Origin: Ignavibacteriales bacterium
GTDB taxonomy: Bacteria; Bacteroidota; Ignavibacteria; UBA10030
Direction of reading: 5' to 3'
Assembly: GCA_016207415.1 (NCBI GenBank)
Contig: JACQPT010000061.1
Location: forward strand, 1-48,010
Length of the DNA stretch: 48,010 bases
In this document: positions 1-9,959 of the stretch, one piece after another
Numbering within the stretch: position 1 is the stretch's first letter
Layout: each line of letters starts with the position of its first letter
Notes under the pieces: generated by a model
Told to the model about the DNA's origin: nothing
Database searches by the model: none
What the model saw: the letters and a program-made list of their open reading frames with translations, nothing else
Made by a program: the position numbers and the translations under genes

Positions 1-2
1 CA

Positions 3-869
3 CTCAACATAGTGACAACACGCGGTTGCCCTTTCCATTGCAATTGGTGTGCAAAACCCATCTATGGGCAGGTTTATCATAGCCGCAGTCCTGAGAATGT
101 GGCCGAGGAAATGGCTTACTTAAGGGAGTTTGTGAAACTTGATCATATTTGGTTCGCAGACGACATTTTTGGACTCAGGCCAGGCTGGACAACAGACTTC
201 GATGAAGTGGTAAACAAGCGAAAAGTCAAGACGCCGTTCAAATGCCTTTCCCGTGTCGACCTTTTGTTAAAGGAAGACAACATTCGGCACCTCAAGAACT
301 CCGGCTGCCAAACCGTATGGGTAGGGGCCGAGTCCGGTTCGCAGAAGATTCTCGACGCCATGGAAAAAGGGACGACCGTCATGCAGATTTATGAAGCCAC
401 GGCGTTGCTGCACTGTGCTGGTATCCGTGTAGGTTTTTTCCTGCAGTTTGGTTATCCCGGTGAAACCAAAACGGATATCGAAAAAACATTGCAAGTGGTC
501 AAGGACTGCAGGCCGGATGAAATAGGTGTATCGGTGTCGTATCCTCTTCCGGGAACAAAATTCCACGAGAGTGTTAAGGCGCAGCTTGGAGAAAAACAAA
601 ACTGGGTTGACAGTCAGGACCTGGAAATGATGTTTGCGGGAGCTTATCAACCGGACTTTTATCGTGTGCTGCACCGCGTTGTTCACAAGAAGTTCAGCTT
701 GTGGAGAGGAATACGAGCGGCGACTGGACTTTTCCAACAACCCTTACGATTTGAGAAAAGGTCACTGCGTTCTATCGCCTCGATGTTCTACCACGGGGTG
801 ACACTTCCCCTCGATCTGCTGAAACTGGAAAAACTCGAACACCTGCCGTCTTCGCATGTCCCCCATTGA
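3..869 (+). CDS. Cobalamin-dependent-type (class B-like) radical SAM protein, 5'-truncated by the window edge
   Basis: Frame is open from position 3 (LNIVTTRG). CxxxCxxC motif TRGCPFHCNWC, plus FADDIF, GAESGSQKIL and YPLPGT motifs typical of B12-binding radical SAM proteins. The B12 domain itself would lie outside the window. Confidence 0.85.
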   Translation, partial: LNIVTTRGCPFHCNWCAKPIYGQVYHSRSPENVAEEMAYLREFVKLDHIWFADDIFGLRPGWTTDFDEVVNKRKVKTPFKCLSRVDLLLKEDNIRHLKNSGCQTVWVGAESGSQKILDAMEKGTTVMQIYEATALLHCAGIRVGFFLQFGYPGETKTDIEKTLQVVKDCRPDEIGVSVSYPLPGTKFHESVKAQLGEKQNWVDSQDLEMMFAGAYQPDFYRVLHRVVHKKFSLWRGIRAATGLFQQPLRFEKRSLRSIASMFYHGVTLPLDLLKLEKLEHLPSSHVPH

Positions 870-1671
870 TGAGCTCCAACGAGCCAGTGTTGAAAAGGCG
901 TTCGATAGTGTCGCGGAGACATTCGAGCGCACGCTCGAAAATGACGCAACGCGACAGTTTCGGAACGAGGTCTACGCAGAAATTGAAACACTGGTTCCCC
1001 GGGGATCATCCGTCCTTGACATCAACTGTGGGATCGGTGTTGACGCCCTCACATTGGCCGAGAAGGGATTCAATGTTGTTGGTGTCGACATCGCGGCGAA
1101 GATGATCGAGGTTGCAAGACAAAGGTCCACAAAACTGAGATTCAACACAGCCGAGTTCCTCGTTGGAAGCTTTGAAGACCTCAGCGGGCTTTCCGGTTGT
1201 ACCTTCGATTTGGTGCTCTCAAATTTTGGAGGTCTGAATTGCGTTCCATCGCTCCAAATCGCGGGTGCGCAGATTGCGGCTATAACACGACAGTCGGGGT
1301 TCTTTATCGCCACAGTCATGCCCCCTTTGTGCTTGTGGGAAGTTTTGGCGGGGATGGCGCGGATGGATTTCAAATCGGCGTTTCGACGGCTGCACACGAG
1401 TGTAATGGCCACGGGATTTCCGGGCGGAACATTTGCCGTCTCCTACTACTCGCCGCACAAGTTCGCCGCCACCATGCGTCAATGGTTCGAAGTCAAGCTG
1501 ATCCGGGGATTCAATGTATTCTCGCCACCGCCACATGCAACGCGATTCCGCACAAGTCATCCCCTCTTCTCCCAATTTCTCGCCGACATCGACAAAAGGG
1601 CAGCGCGCCTTCCACTTGCTCGTTCGATGGGAGACCACTACCTGATGGTTCTCAAGCGGAGGGATCAATGA
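856..1671 (+). CDS. Class I SAM-dependent methyltransferase
   Basis: Motif I variant VLDINCGIGVD, GVDIAAKM, FDLVLSNFGGLNC. Overlaps the upstream gene by 14 nt. Confidence 0.9.
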   Translation: MSPIDELQRASVEKAFDSVAETFERTLENDATRQFRNEVYAEIETLVPRGSSVLDINCGIGVDALTLAEKGFNVVGVDIAAKMIEVARQRSTKLRFNTAEFLVGSFEDLSGLSGCTFDLVLSNFGGLNCVPSLQIAGAQIAAITRQSGFFIATVMPPLCLWEVLAGMARMDFKSAFRRLHTSVMATGFPGGTFAVSYYSPHKFAATMRQWFEVKLIRGFNVFSPPPHATRFRTSHPLFSQFLADIDKRAARLPLARSMGDHYLMVLKRRDQ

Positions 1672-2825
1672 CGATCCAACTCATGAGAAACGTCGACCGT
1701 TTTCTGGGAATCCCACTGTGCTGGCTCACTGGAGCTTTTTACAAAACCTTCTTCGTCGACCAGTGGAGACGTGGAGAACAACCCGCAAGGAAGATCCTCA
1801 TCATAAAATTTTTCGGTTTGGGCAGTATAGTCCTGCTTACACCGGCACTCCAAATGATCAAAAAAAGATACCCACACGCGCGGCTCGCTTTCTTATCTTT
1901 TGCCGCAAATTCTGAACTCCTCGATCGAATCGATCTGATAGACGAAATACACACGATTAATACGACTTCAATCATGGCATTTTGTAGAGACACTGTTCGT
2001 TGCTTTCGGAACTTCTTTTGGGTCGGTTTTGACATCGTATTCGATTTTGAGTTTTTTTCGAAATTTTCCACACTTATTACAGCTCTTACGTTTGCATCTT
2101 GCCGTGCGGGATTTTCCCTCCCTACATTCTGGCGCTCATCAATCTATACTCATCAAATACTTCTCGACAAGCGTGTGCACGTAAAGGATTCGTTTTGTCG
2201 GCTTGTGACTACGGTTACTGGTGAGGAAGAGATTCCTGGTGTCTCACCACCAAGGGTCACCCAAAGGGATGATGAATCTCTTGGAAGTAAAGTAGCTTTC
2301 AGCATTCGCCCTGCTGTCGGGATAAACGTCAACACAGGCGCAACATTTCTTGAGCGCCGCTGGGACATACAAAGATTTGCCGACCTGGTGTCAACTTTGT
2401 CTGTGGATGGAGATTACGAATTCTTTTTTACCGGCTCCCTTGAAGAACGACCTTATGTACAAAAGGCAATTAACCTCACTCGGTGCAGGGAGCGATGTCA
2501 CAATGTTGCAGGTCTTCTGACAATCGGTGAATTATGTGCCCTGTTTCGTAGGCTCGAGATTTTTATTTCAAATGACAGCGGTCCTCTCCATCTCGCAGCT
2601 GTTACAGGAGCCCCTACGATTGGTCTCTACGGCCCCGAATCCCCCATATTCTATGGACCTCTTGGTCCAACCGTTGCCGAAATATATGAGAAAGCACCTT
2701 GTAGCCCCTGCATGAACATCTACCGTGCAAAAGCTTTTCGGTGTCCCTTTGATGCCAAGTGTATGAAAATGATAGAAGTGAAACGTATCCAGCAGGCAGT
2801 GGAATCAATGCTTGTCTCCGTATGA
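1668..2825 (+). CDS. Glycosyltransferase family 9 (ADP-heptose:LPS heptosyltransferase-like)
   Basis: ILIIKFFGLGSIVL, ERRW, ISNDSGPLHLAA, GLYGP and C-terminal CSPC...C...CM. Start placed at ATG 1668 (ATGA overlap with the upstream stop) rather than the ORF-track 1197. Confidence 0.9.
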   Translation: MTIQLMRNVDRFLGIPLCWLTGAFYKTFFVDQWRRGEQPARKILIIKFFGLGSIVLLTPALQMIKKRYPHARLAFLSFAANSELLDRIDLIDEIHTINTTSIMAFCRDTVRCFRNFFWVGFDIVFDFEFFSKFSTLITALTFASCRAGFSLPTFWRSSIYTHQILLDKRVHVKDSFCRLVTTVTGEEEIPGVSPPRVTQRDDESLGSKVAFSIRPAVGINVNTGATFLERRWDIQRFADLVSTLSVDGDYEFFFTGSLEERPYVQKAINLTRCRERCHNVAGLLTIGELCALFRRLEIFISNDSGPLHLAAVTGAPTIGLYGPESPIFYGPLGPTVAEIYEKAPCSPCMNIYRAKAFRCPFDAKCMKMIEVKRIQQAVESMLVSV

Positions 2826-4054
2826 TGCAAAAATGGAAGTATCTGCTTTTCGGCTTGCTGTGTGTGTACCTTCTTTGGCGTGGCATTATCCCCGGCTTCA
2901 CAAAAATCGATTCCGACTTCCCAAACTATTACGTTTCGTCAAAACTGCTGATCGACGGAGGCGGGACAGACTCTCTTTACGAAGATAAATGGTTCCAAAA
3001 ACAAATAGATGCACAAGGTATGCATCAAGAAGGAAAATTCTCCCCCTTTCCGCCTCCGACAGTCTTTCTCTTCATTCCGTTCGCGTGGCTGCCGCCGTTA
3101 GCAGCCCTTCAAGTCTGGACTGTTATCAACATATTGCTGCTTGCCGTTTCGATATGGCTCATCTCACAGATAACGCGCTGGGACTGGATTTGGAGTTCTT
3201 GCTTTCTCTTAGGAAGCGGACACGCCATCATTAATAACTTTCGACTCGGACAGTTTTATCTCGTGATTACCTTCTTGACGCTGGCAGCATATGTCCTTAC
3301 GAGCAAAGAAAGAAACTTTCTGGCCGGGTTCCTGCTTGGTATCGGAGCTGCTTTCAAATACTTCCCCGCGATATTTTTGCCCGCTTACAAAGAAGGGCGT
3401 TACAGGAACGCCATTATAGCATGCGTTATTTCCATTGTCGCCGTCTACTTGCTCAGTATTGCCATCCTCGGAGCGAGCGTTCATCAACAGTTTTTTTCTT
3501 CTGTCTTTGTCCATCATCTATCAGGCGACATTCAGAACCCATTCAGCTTTGTTTTTCAATCCTGGAATGGTTTGTTGAATCGCTTTTTCGTTTTTGATTC
3601 TCAGCTTAATCCCTCTCCAATGATTGATGCGCCTCTCTTTTCAAAACTGATTCTGTATGTGATTTATGGAACTGTTGCCTTGTCCACAGTGTATGCATTT
3701 TTTAAATTGAGGGACGCAGCACATATTGATGAGTTTGCTGCTGAGTTTGCTCTTTTGGGTATAACTGCACTGACGCTTTTACCTGCTTCCGCAACATACC
3801 ACTACTTATTGCTTGCACTCCCTGTGGCATTGCTGCTGACTATCTCGACACCCTGGAGCTTTGAGCAAAAAGCCATCCTGACCCTTTATTTTCTTATCGG
3901 TTTCATTCCGTACGGATTGCTCGGAGAATTCGAAACAAGGGGCTTGTTGGCCGTCCTTGCATTTCCTCGATTATTGTGCATGACCTTGATTTTCTTTTTC
4001 TCCATTAAGTTCATATATGGACTTAAAGTGAAAAAGGTTGTTGAGCCACCATGA
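2822..4054 (+). CDS. GT87/DUF2029-like GT-C membrane glycosyltransferase
   Basis: Polytopic membrane protein with SDFPNYY after TM1, PFPPPT, NFRLGQ, KYFP and HYLL motifs. ATGA overlap at 2822-2825. Confidence 0.8.
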   Translation: MMQKWKYLLFGLLCVYLLWRGIIPGFTKIDSDFPNYYVSSKLLIDGGGTDSLYEDKWFQKQIDAQGMHQEGKFSPFPPPTVFLFIPFAWLPPLAALQVWTVINILLLAVSIWLISQITRWDWIWSSCFLLGSGHAIINNFRLGQFYLVITFLTLAAYVLTSKERNFLAGFLLGIGAAFKYFPAIFLPAYKEGRYRNAIIACVISIVAVYLLSIAILGASVHQQFFSSVFVHHLSGDIQNPFSFVFQSWNGLLNRFFVFDSQLNPSPMIDAPLFSKLILYVIYGTVALSTVYAFFKLRDAAHIDEFAAEFALLGITALTLLPASATYHYLLLALPVALLLTISTPWSFEQKAILTLYFLIGFIPYGLLGEFETRGLLAVLAFPRLLCMTLIFFFSIKFIYGLKVKKVVEPP

Positions 4055-5520
4055 TTGCACTCATTAATCCGACTGCCGCAAATTGGCGTTTCCGAATCCC
4101 GCTTTCGGTGCTTTCACTTGGTGGATCACTCGAAGGCAGTTATGCTTATGAAATCGTCGATGGAAACATCCGGAGGAATCTCCTTGAAACGCTTCCAACG
4201 TTCATTCAAGAGAAAGGCATCAAGTACGTTGGCCTCACCGTTATGCCTGGCCCTCAACTTGTGCAGGCGATACACTTGTCCAAATTGGTGCGTGCACGCT
4301 TTCCAAATGTCAAAATTATCTGGGGCGGATATTTCCCATCACTTCATTCCAGAACCGTTCTTCAATCAGGATACGTTGATTTCGTCATTAGCGGACAGGG
4401 GGAGTTCGCCTTCAAACAGCTGATTGACTCTTGTGAACGTGGAGGCTCCTTAAGCTCTATTAGCGGGCTGTCGTACAAAAATGGAGAAATCCGAAATAAT
4501 TCGAAACAAGATCTTATCGACCCTAACGAGCTTCCTCCTCTTCCCTATTCGAAAGTTTCAATTCCGATGTACGTCGGGCGCACGTTTCTCGGAAGCCGCA
4601 CAATCAATTATCACTCGAGCGTAGGCTGCCCTTTTCTGTGCGGGTTTTGTGCTGTGGCGGCAATTTACAAAGCGCGCTGGCTGGGTTTAACTGCAGAAAG
4701 AATGACCAGCGACCTTCTCTGGTTCAAGAAACACTATGCTGTCAATGCGGTGGAGTTCCACGATAATAACTTCTTCACCTCTGAGAAAAGGGTTTTTGAA
4801 TTTGCCGACCGGATCAAACGAGAGGACATATCTTGGTGGGGCGAGGCTCGTCCCGATACTACGCTGGATTATGATGAAAAAACATGGCGCTTGATGAAAA
4901 AGGCAGGCTTGAAAATGGTGTTCTTTGGGGCCGAATCAAGTTCCGAAAGTGTCCTCCAGTTGATGCACAAAGGAGGCACACAAACCCCGGACACCGTACT
5001 CACCTTAGCGGAAAAAATGAGGGAGGCGGATATTATTCCTGAGTTTTCTTTTGTTCTCGGTAATCCGACGGGCAATGTTACAAATGACGTCGATAAGGAC
5101 ATTCGATTCATCAAACAGGTCAAAAAGATAAACCCTCGGGCTGAAATTATTATCTACACGTACTCACCCGTTTTTTTTGAGGAAGCAGAACTATTCCATG
5201 TTGCTCAAACAAACGGATTTGCTTATCCCGAGAAGCTTGATGACTGGCTAAAACCTGAGTGGCAACGCCATGACCTTCGTAAAAACCCCGTAACCCCGTG
5301 GCTAACAGCGAATCACCATAGGCTCATTAAGGGTTTTGAAAGAGTCCTCAACGCCCGCTATCCCACCGTCTCCGACCTTAAGCTCTCAGGCCTCCAACGG
5401 ACAGTTCTGCAAATGTTTGGTTCGTGGCGGTACAAATTTTCGCTTTACGCCTTCCCTTATGAACTTGCTGCTCTACAGAAGTTTTTTCGCTATCGGCAGC
5501 CAGAAATCGAAGGATTATGA
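4051..5520 (+). CDS. B12-binding domain radical SAM protein
   Basis: N-terminal B12-binding-like region (IPLSVLSL...IIWGGYFPS...GQGE), SVGCPFLCGFC, FFGAES. ATGA overlap. Confidence 0.9.
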   Translation: MIALINPTAANWRFRIPLSVLSLGGSLEGSYAYEIVDGNIRRNLLETLPTFIQEKGIKYVGLTVMPGPQLVQAIHLSKLVRARFPNVKIIWGGYFPSLHSRTVLQSGYVDFVISGQGEFAFKQLIDSCERGGSLSSISGLSYKNGEIRNNSKQDLIDPNELPPLPYSKVSIPMYVGRTFLGSRTINYHSSVGCPFLCGFCAVAAIYKARWLGLTAERMTSDLLWFKKHYAVNAVEFHDNNFFTSEKRVFEFADRIKREDISWWGEARPDTTLDYDEKTWRLMKKAGLKMVFFGAESSSESVLQLMHKGGTQTPDTVLTLAEKMREADIIPEFSFVLGNPTGNVTNDVDKDIRFIKQVKKINPRAEIIIYTYSPVFFEEAELFHVAQTNGFAYPEKLDDWLKPEWQRHDLRKNPVTPWLTANHHRLIKGFERVLNARYPTVSDLKLSGLQRTVLQMFGSWRYKFSLYAFPYELAALQKFFRYRQPEIEGL

Positions 5521-5524
5521 AGTA

Positions 5525-6262
5525 ATGGGCCTTTTGAATCTCTTTCGCATCAGAAAACCTGTCGTCCTTGATCCGCTCGAGGCGTACGAGATCTGGGCTG
5601 AAACGTACGATAATATGGATGATAACGCGCTCATAGCAGCTGAAGCCACGGCTGTCAAATCGATGTTGCCGAAACTGAAGCTCAAAGGAAAACGTATCCT
5701 CGATGCCGGTTGCGGCACAGGCAGGTATCTTCAAATCCTAAAAAACTACCGCCCTCGACTCCTCACTGGGATCGACTTTTCCCAGGCGATGATTGTAAAA
5801 GCAAACAGAAAATTTGCAAACGACCGATTTGTCCACCTCGATGTCTCGTCAATTGAATCGCTGCCTTTCCGATCTGACTTTTTTGACACGCTTCTCTGCA
5901 CATTGGCGCTGGACCATGTCAGGAATCTGCATGCCGGCGTCAAAGAACTTTCGCGGGTTCTCCGGAAAGGGGGAACCGCCATCATTTCCGTTTTTCATCC
6001 ATACGCACACTTGCTGGGCTGGCAACGGACCTTCGCTACAAACAACGGAAATCGAAAACTCTATGCCGTTCGGTATTTCAGCCATCAAGCTTCAGAATAC
6101 TTTAAAGCTATCAAAGACGCAAAATTCGAAATCGAAGAACTTTTTGAGCCCACCATCGATGAAGAAGTCAAACCGTTTTTCGTAAAGGCCGGGAGATTAG
6201 ACCTTTATGAAAAATTCAACAACGCCCCTCTGCTGCTTGTTTTCAGATTGAGCAAGAAATGA
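5525..6262 (+). CDS. Class I SAM-dependent methyltransferase (BioC-like fold)
   Basis: AYEIWAETYD, ILDAGCGTGR, GIDFSQAM, SLPF, RVLRKGG. Start placed at ATG 5525, 4 nt after the upstream stop. Confidence 0.9.
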   Translation: MGLLNLFRIRKPVVLDPLEAYEIWAETYDNMDDNALIAAEATAVKSMLPKLKLKGKRILDAGCGTGRYLQILKNYRPRLLTGIDFSQAMIVKANRKFANDRFVHLDVSSIESLPFRSDFFDTLLCTLALDHVRNLHAGVKELSRVLRKGGTAIISVFHPYAHLLGWQRTFATNNGNRKLYAVRYFSHQASEYFKAIKDAKFEIEELFEPTIDEEVKPFFVKAGRLDLYEKFNNAPLLLVFRLSKK

Positions 6263-7443
6263 ACAGTGGTTATTTGTTGAGAAACGGGACTGTGGTCGGT
6301 GATGAGAAGTGGTTCCCGGCTGACGTCCGCATCCTTGGATGTACCATAGTTGAAATAGGTTCTGGACTGAAGAAGAAAAAGACAGAAACCGAAATTGATT
6401 GTTCCAGATATCTGATCTTCCCGGGCCTCATCAACTCACATGACCACCTCGAATTCAATCTTTTTCCGCGGCTCGGTGAACCTCCGTATCGTAACGCGTA
6501 CGAATGGGGCAATGATCTCCATAGGCGATGGAAACCGGCCATAGAGGCAGTCCAGAAGATTCCGTTGAAGCAACGATTATGGTGGGGGTCGTGGAAGAAC
6601 CTGTTCTCCGGCGTTACAACCGTTGTGCATCACAACCAATACTACAGCAAGTTCCGCGCGCGGTACCCCCTCTCTGTGCTGAGAGACTATTCATTTGCAC
6701 ATTCGCTGCAATTTGACTCCAATATTCATGCTGCTCTCAAAAAGCGCAGGAAAGGAACTCCGTTCATCATTCATCTGGCCGAGGGGATAGACAAGACCGC
6801 GCAGGAGGAGGTGTCTGCATTACAAAACCTCGGCGGACTCGACGAGAGGACAATTGCAGTCCATTGTGTCGGTCTCAAACGCGGCGATGTCGAAACAATA
6901 CGCGAAAAAAAAGCTTCGGTCGTTTGGTGTCCTTCATCAAACATGTACCTTTTTGGTAAAACCGCACGGATTCAGGAATTGCTGCAAGGGGTGCCGGTTG
7001 CCATCGGAACAGACTCCACGCTTACTGGGAGCGTAACGCTCTTTGATGAATTACGTCTTGCAAAAACTGAATCTCGGCTTTCTCCCCAACAACTCTTCAA
7101 GCTTGTAACAGATGCTCCACGCAACATTTTTAATCTTCCTTTTCATGCGGGAAGAATTATAGGAAGAGGAGTGGCGGATTTATTTCTTATTAGCGCTAAT
7201 GGCAAAGATCCTTATGAAAGCCTCTTACAGGCCGAGCCATCCGATATTGCGTTGCTATTCCAGAAAGGTCAGGTGAGGATTTTTGAATCACAGTTAATAG
7301 ATCCACGTCGTCAACGTTACCATCAGAGGATAACGATCATGGGCCGCCAGAAGCTTATCAACGATTCAGAATTTCCGCGTTTCTATAAGACACTCAAACC
7401 GTTCCTCTCGCATTATACCTATTTGAAATCAGATCGCACGTGA
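6259..7443 (+). CDS. Metal-dependent amidohydrolase (deaminase-type)
   Basis: PGLINSHDH (HxH), IHLAEG, VHCVG, WCPSSN and GTDS motifs. ATGA overlap. Confidence 0.85.
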   Translation: MNSGYLLRNGTVVGDEKWFPADVRILGCTIVEIGSGLKKKKTETEIDCSRYLIFPGLINSHDHLEFNLFPRLGEPPYRNAYEWGNDLHRRWKPAIEAVQKIPLKQRLWWGSWKNLFSGVTTVVHHNQYYSKFRARYPLSVLRDYSFAHSLQFDSNIHAALKKRRKGTPFIIHLAEGIDKTAQEEVSALQNLGGLDERTIAVHCVGLKRGDVETIREKKASVVWCPSSNMYLFGKTARIQELLQGVPVAIGTDSTLTGSVTLFDELRLAKTESRLSPQQLFKLVTDAPRNIFNLPFHAGRIIGRGVADLFLISANGKDPYESLLQAEPSDIALLFQKGQVRIFESQLIDPRRQRYHQRITIMGRQKLINDSEFPRFYKTLKPFLSHYTYLKSDRT

Positions 7444-7499
7444 CGCAATTCCCGTATTCTACCGATTTCGCAGGGGCGTACGCATAGCGTCGGACTATT

Positions 7500-8921
7500 A
7501 TGCGATATAAGTGCGCTTTCCCATTGGTTGTATCGATTATTGGCGGAATGCCTCTGCTGAGTAGCTGTGAGAACGGCTTGACGGAAGCTTCGGATTCTTC
7601 TCTTCAACCGAAGGTTGTTTCCTTCGTCGTACAAAACTCTCCCAACAATACGCTCAGTATCATGGCACTTACCAACACGGCGAACGCCTCGCGGGTCAGA
7701 GTGGAATTCGGGATCGATTCGGCGTTGAACGAGACGACGCCTTCCGCCTCCGTACATTCAAATAATGCCATTCTCCCTCTTTTGGGGCTGGTCGCTGAGA
7801 CAAAGTACTTTACCAGGGCCGTTGCAATATCGTCCGATGGCCAGGAAGGTGTATCAGAGATTATAAGCTTTGTTACAGAGACGCCGCCAACGGACATCCC
7901 AAGACTCCTTTTAAGCAACGTGGATGATCCGACGCCCGGATATGTCATGATGGGGTTTTCACGATTCAATTTGATCCAGCCGTTTCATACTTATGTGGGG
8001 ATTTTCAATATCGAAGGAAAACTTGTTTGGTACAGGAGGTTTGAAGGCTCTGTCATTGATATTCAAAAACAGCCGAATAATAACTATACTGTATGCGTGG
8101 CTCCTGCTCCGTTTCAGGCTGCGTTCTATGAACTCGACAATCTTGGGAATGTTCTTCGCACTTACAAAGCTGGCGCGAACAGAGAGACAGATACTCATGA
8201 ATTACGCCTCATTGGTGGCTCTCACGTTTTGTTTGGCCTTGAATACCGTACTATGGACCTTTCCGAATTTACCGGGAAGACAAACGCAATCGTTAAGGGC
8301 TTTCTCATCGAATACTACAGACCGAGAAGATCTCCATTCATTTGGAAAACGTTCGACTATTTGAGTGTAACTGATGCAGTTGTGAACGTCTCATTGACGG
8401 GAAATAATGTCGATCCCTGGCACGGGAATGCGATCGAGATCGATACGGATGATAATTTTCTTGTGTCCTTTCGGCACACCGAAGAGGTCATTAAGATACA
8501 CTCCGTGACCGGGAACATCATATGGCGGCTTGGGGGGAAGAACAACCAATTTCAGTTCATCAATGATCCATGGAATGGGTATTCCCATCAACACGGAATC
8601 CGGCGGCTCGAAAACGGAAATATCATCTTGTTTGACAATGGCAATAATCATCAACCCCGCGAAAGTCGTGCCGTGGAATACCATCTTGATGAGCAAAGCA
8701 AAAAAGCGACTCTCGTATGGGAGTATCGCTCTACGCCGCCACTGTTTTCGTTTGCACTTGGGTTTTCCCAAAGACTTCGCAATGGCAACACGTTTATCAC
8801 GTACGGGAGCATTCCGAGATTCATTGAAGTAGATGCCAGCGGAAAAAAACGCTGGGAAGCTACCTTGGACACCACAGGCCTGTTTGTCTACAGGGCTTTC
8901 CGAATCGATTCCCTGTATTGA
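7500..8921 (+). CDS. Aryl-sulfate sulfotransferase (ASST) family lipoprotein
   Basis: Lipobox-like LLSSC, FN3-like N-terminal region, and ASST motifs DTHEL, WHGNAI, SFRH, WRLGG, HQHG, FDNG, YRA. Confidence 0.8.
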   Translation: MRYKCAFPLVVSIIGGMPLLSSCENGLTEASDSSLQPKVVSFVVQNSPNNTLSIMALTNTANASRVRVEFGIDSALNETTPSASVHSNNAILPLLGLVAETKYFTRAVAISSDGQEGVSEIISFVTETPPTDIPRLLLSNVDDPTPGYVMMGFSRFNLIQPFHTYVGIFNIEGKLVWYRRFEGSVIDIQKQPNNNYTVCVAPAPFQAAFYELDNLGNVLRTYKAGANRETDTHELRLIGGSHVLFGLEYRTMDLSEFTGKTNAIVKGFLIEYYRPRRSPFIWKTFDYLSVTDAVVNVSLTGNNVDPWHGNAIEIDTDDNFLVSFRHTEEVIKIHSVTGNIIWRLGGKNNQFQFINDPWNGYSHQHGIRRLENGNIILFDNGNNHQPRESRAVEYHLDEQSKKATLVWEYRSTPPLFSFALGFSQRLRNGNTFITYGSIPRFIEVDASGKKRWEATLDTTGLFVYRAFRIDSLY

Positions 8922-8922
8922 T

Positions 8923-9954
8923 GTGAACCCCGCGGCCGCTCTTAATACGGTAACAACCCGCAGCTTCACCCTCCCGATTGCAATCCTCTATGTCACGGCT
9001 GGATGCAACCTCAAATGTGTCATGTGTTCCTATCGAGCCCCGCTGCCGCAAGAACTGACCCTCGATGAAATAAGAAAACTCGCCGATGAGCTCTATCATC
9101 TCGGGCTTCGTCATATCGTTTACTCAGGGGGCGAGCCGCTTACACGCAGGGACTTCCCCTCCATCTGTGACGTGTTCAAAGCGCTTGGTGTCAAGCAATC
9201 GCTGCTGACGAATGGTCTCCTGCTACTTAAGCGTTACGACGAAATCCGCCATTACTTTTCGGAGATCATTGTTTCGGTCGACGGCCACAATGCAGAAGTG
9301 CATAACAGTATCCGCGGGATGGACGCCTTTGATCAGATTGTGAAGGGTCTAAGAGCTGTCGTCTCCTCCAACCCCCGTCCAACGATATCCTTGAGAACAG
9401 TCGTCCAACGGAAAAATTTTCAGTGGATCGGCGAGATGGTCAATTTCGCCAAATCGCTGGGGGTCGATCGTATCTCCTTCCTTGCAGCTGATGTGTTATC
9501 CGACAGTTTTCATCGGGATCAATCCAAGGCCGTCGCCGACAAGAGTGAAATCATCCTTTCTTTCGATGAGACATTGGAGTTTCGCGGTTTGATGGAAACG
9601 TTTATAACAGACCACCATTCTGAAATCAGAAGTGGGTTTGTTTCAGAGACGCCGGAAAAACTCTTTCACATTGTGCAGTACTACGAGGCGTTGACAAGCA
9701 GATCAAATTTCCCACGTAATCTGTGCAATGCACCAATGGTCTCTACTGTCATCACCTCGACCGGCGATCTGTTACCGTGTTATTTCCTGGCCAAAGTGGG
9801 CAATGTTCGCACGACAAAAATTGAAGAGCTCCTGAACACTCATGCCTTTCGACAGGTTCGACGAGATGTAGACTCATATGTTCTCGATAGATGTCAGCAA
9901 TGCGTCTGCACCCTCCATATCAGTCCGCTTTCGGCGTTTCTGGATAGATTCTAG
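8923..9954 (+). CDS. Radical SAM protein with SPASM/twitch domain
   Basis: CNLKCVMC, SGGEPL, TNG, SVDG; C-terminal CNAP...GDLLPCY...CQQCVC. Start placed at GTG 8923, 1 nt after the ASST stop. Confidence 0.85.
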   Translation: MNPAAALNTVTTRSFTLPIAILYVTAGCNLKCVMCSYRAPLPQELTLDEIRKLADELYHLGLRHIVYSGGEPLTRRDFPSICDVFKALGVKQSLLTNGLLLLKRYDEIRHYFSEIIVSVDGHNAEVHNSIRGMDAFDQIVKGLRAVVSSNPRPTISLRTVVQRKNFQWIGEMVNFAKSLGVDRISFLAADVLSDSFHRDQSKAVADKSEIILSFDETLEFRGLMETFITDHHSEIRSGFVSETPEKLFHIVQYYEALTSRSNFPRNLCNAPMVSTVITSTGDLLPCYFLAKVGNVRTTKIEELLNTHAFRQVRRDVDSYVLDRCQQCVCTLHISPLSAFLDRF

Positions 9955-9959
9955 CGCCC

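Noticed and set aside
1197-1667. 157-aa N-terminal extension of the GT9 ORF in the ORF track
   Set aside because: It lies wholly within the methyltransferase gene in another frame; the ATGA overlap at 1668 marks the plausible start.
7470-7492. GCAGGGGCGTACGCATAGCGTC resembling a GTAG-type REP
   Set aside because: Single degenerate copy with a weak stem; cannot be distinguished from chance.
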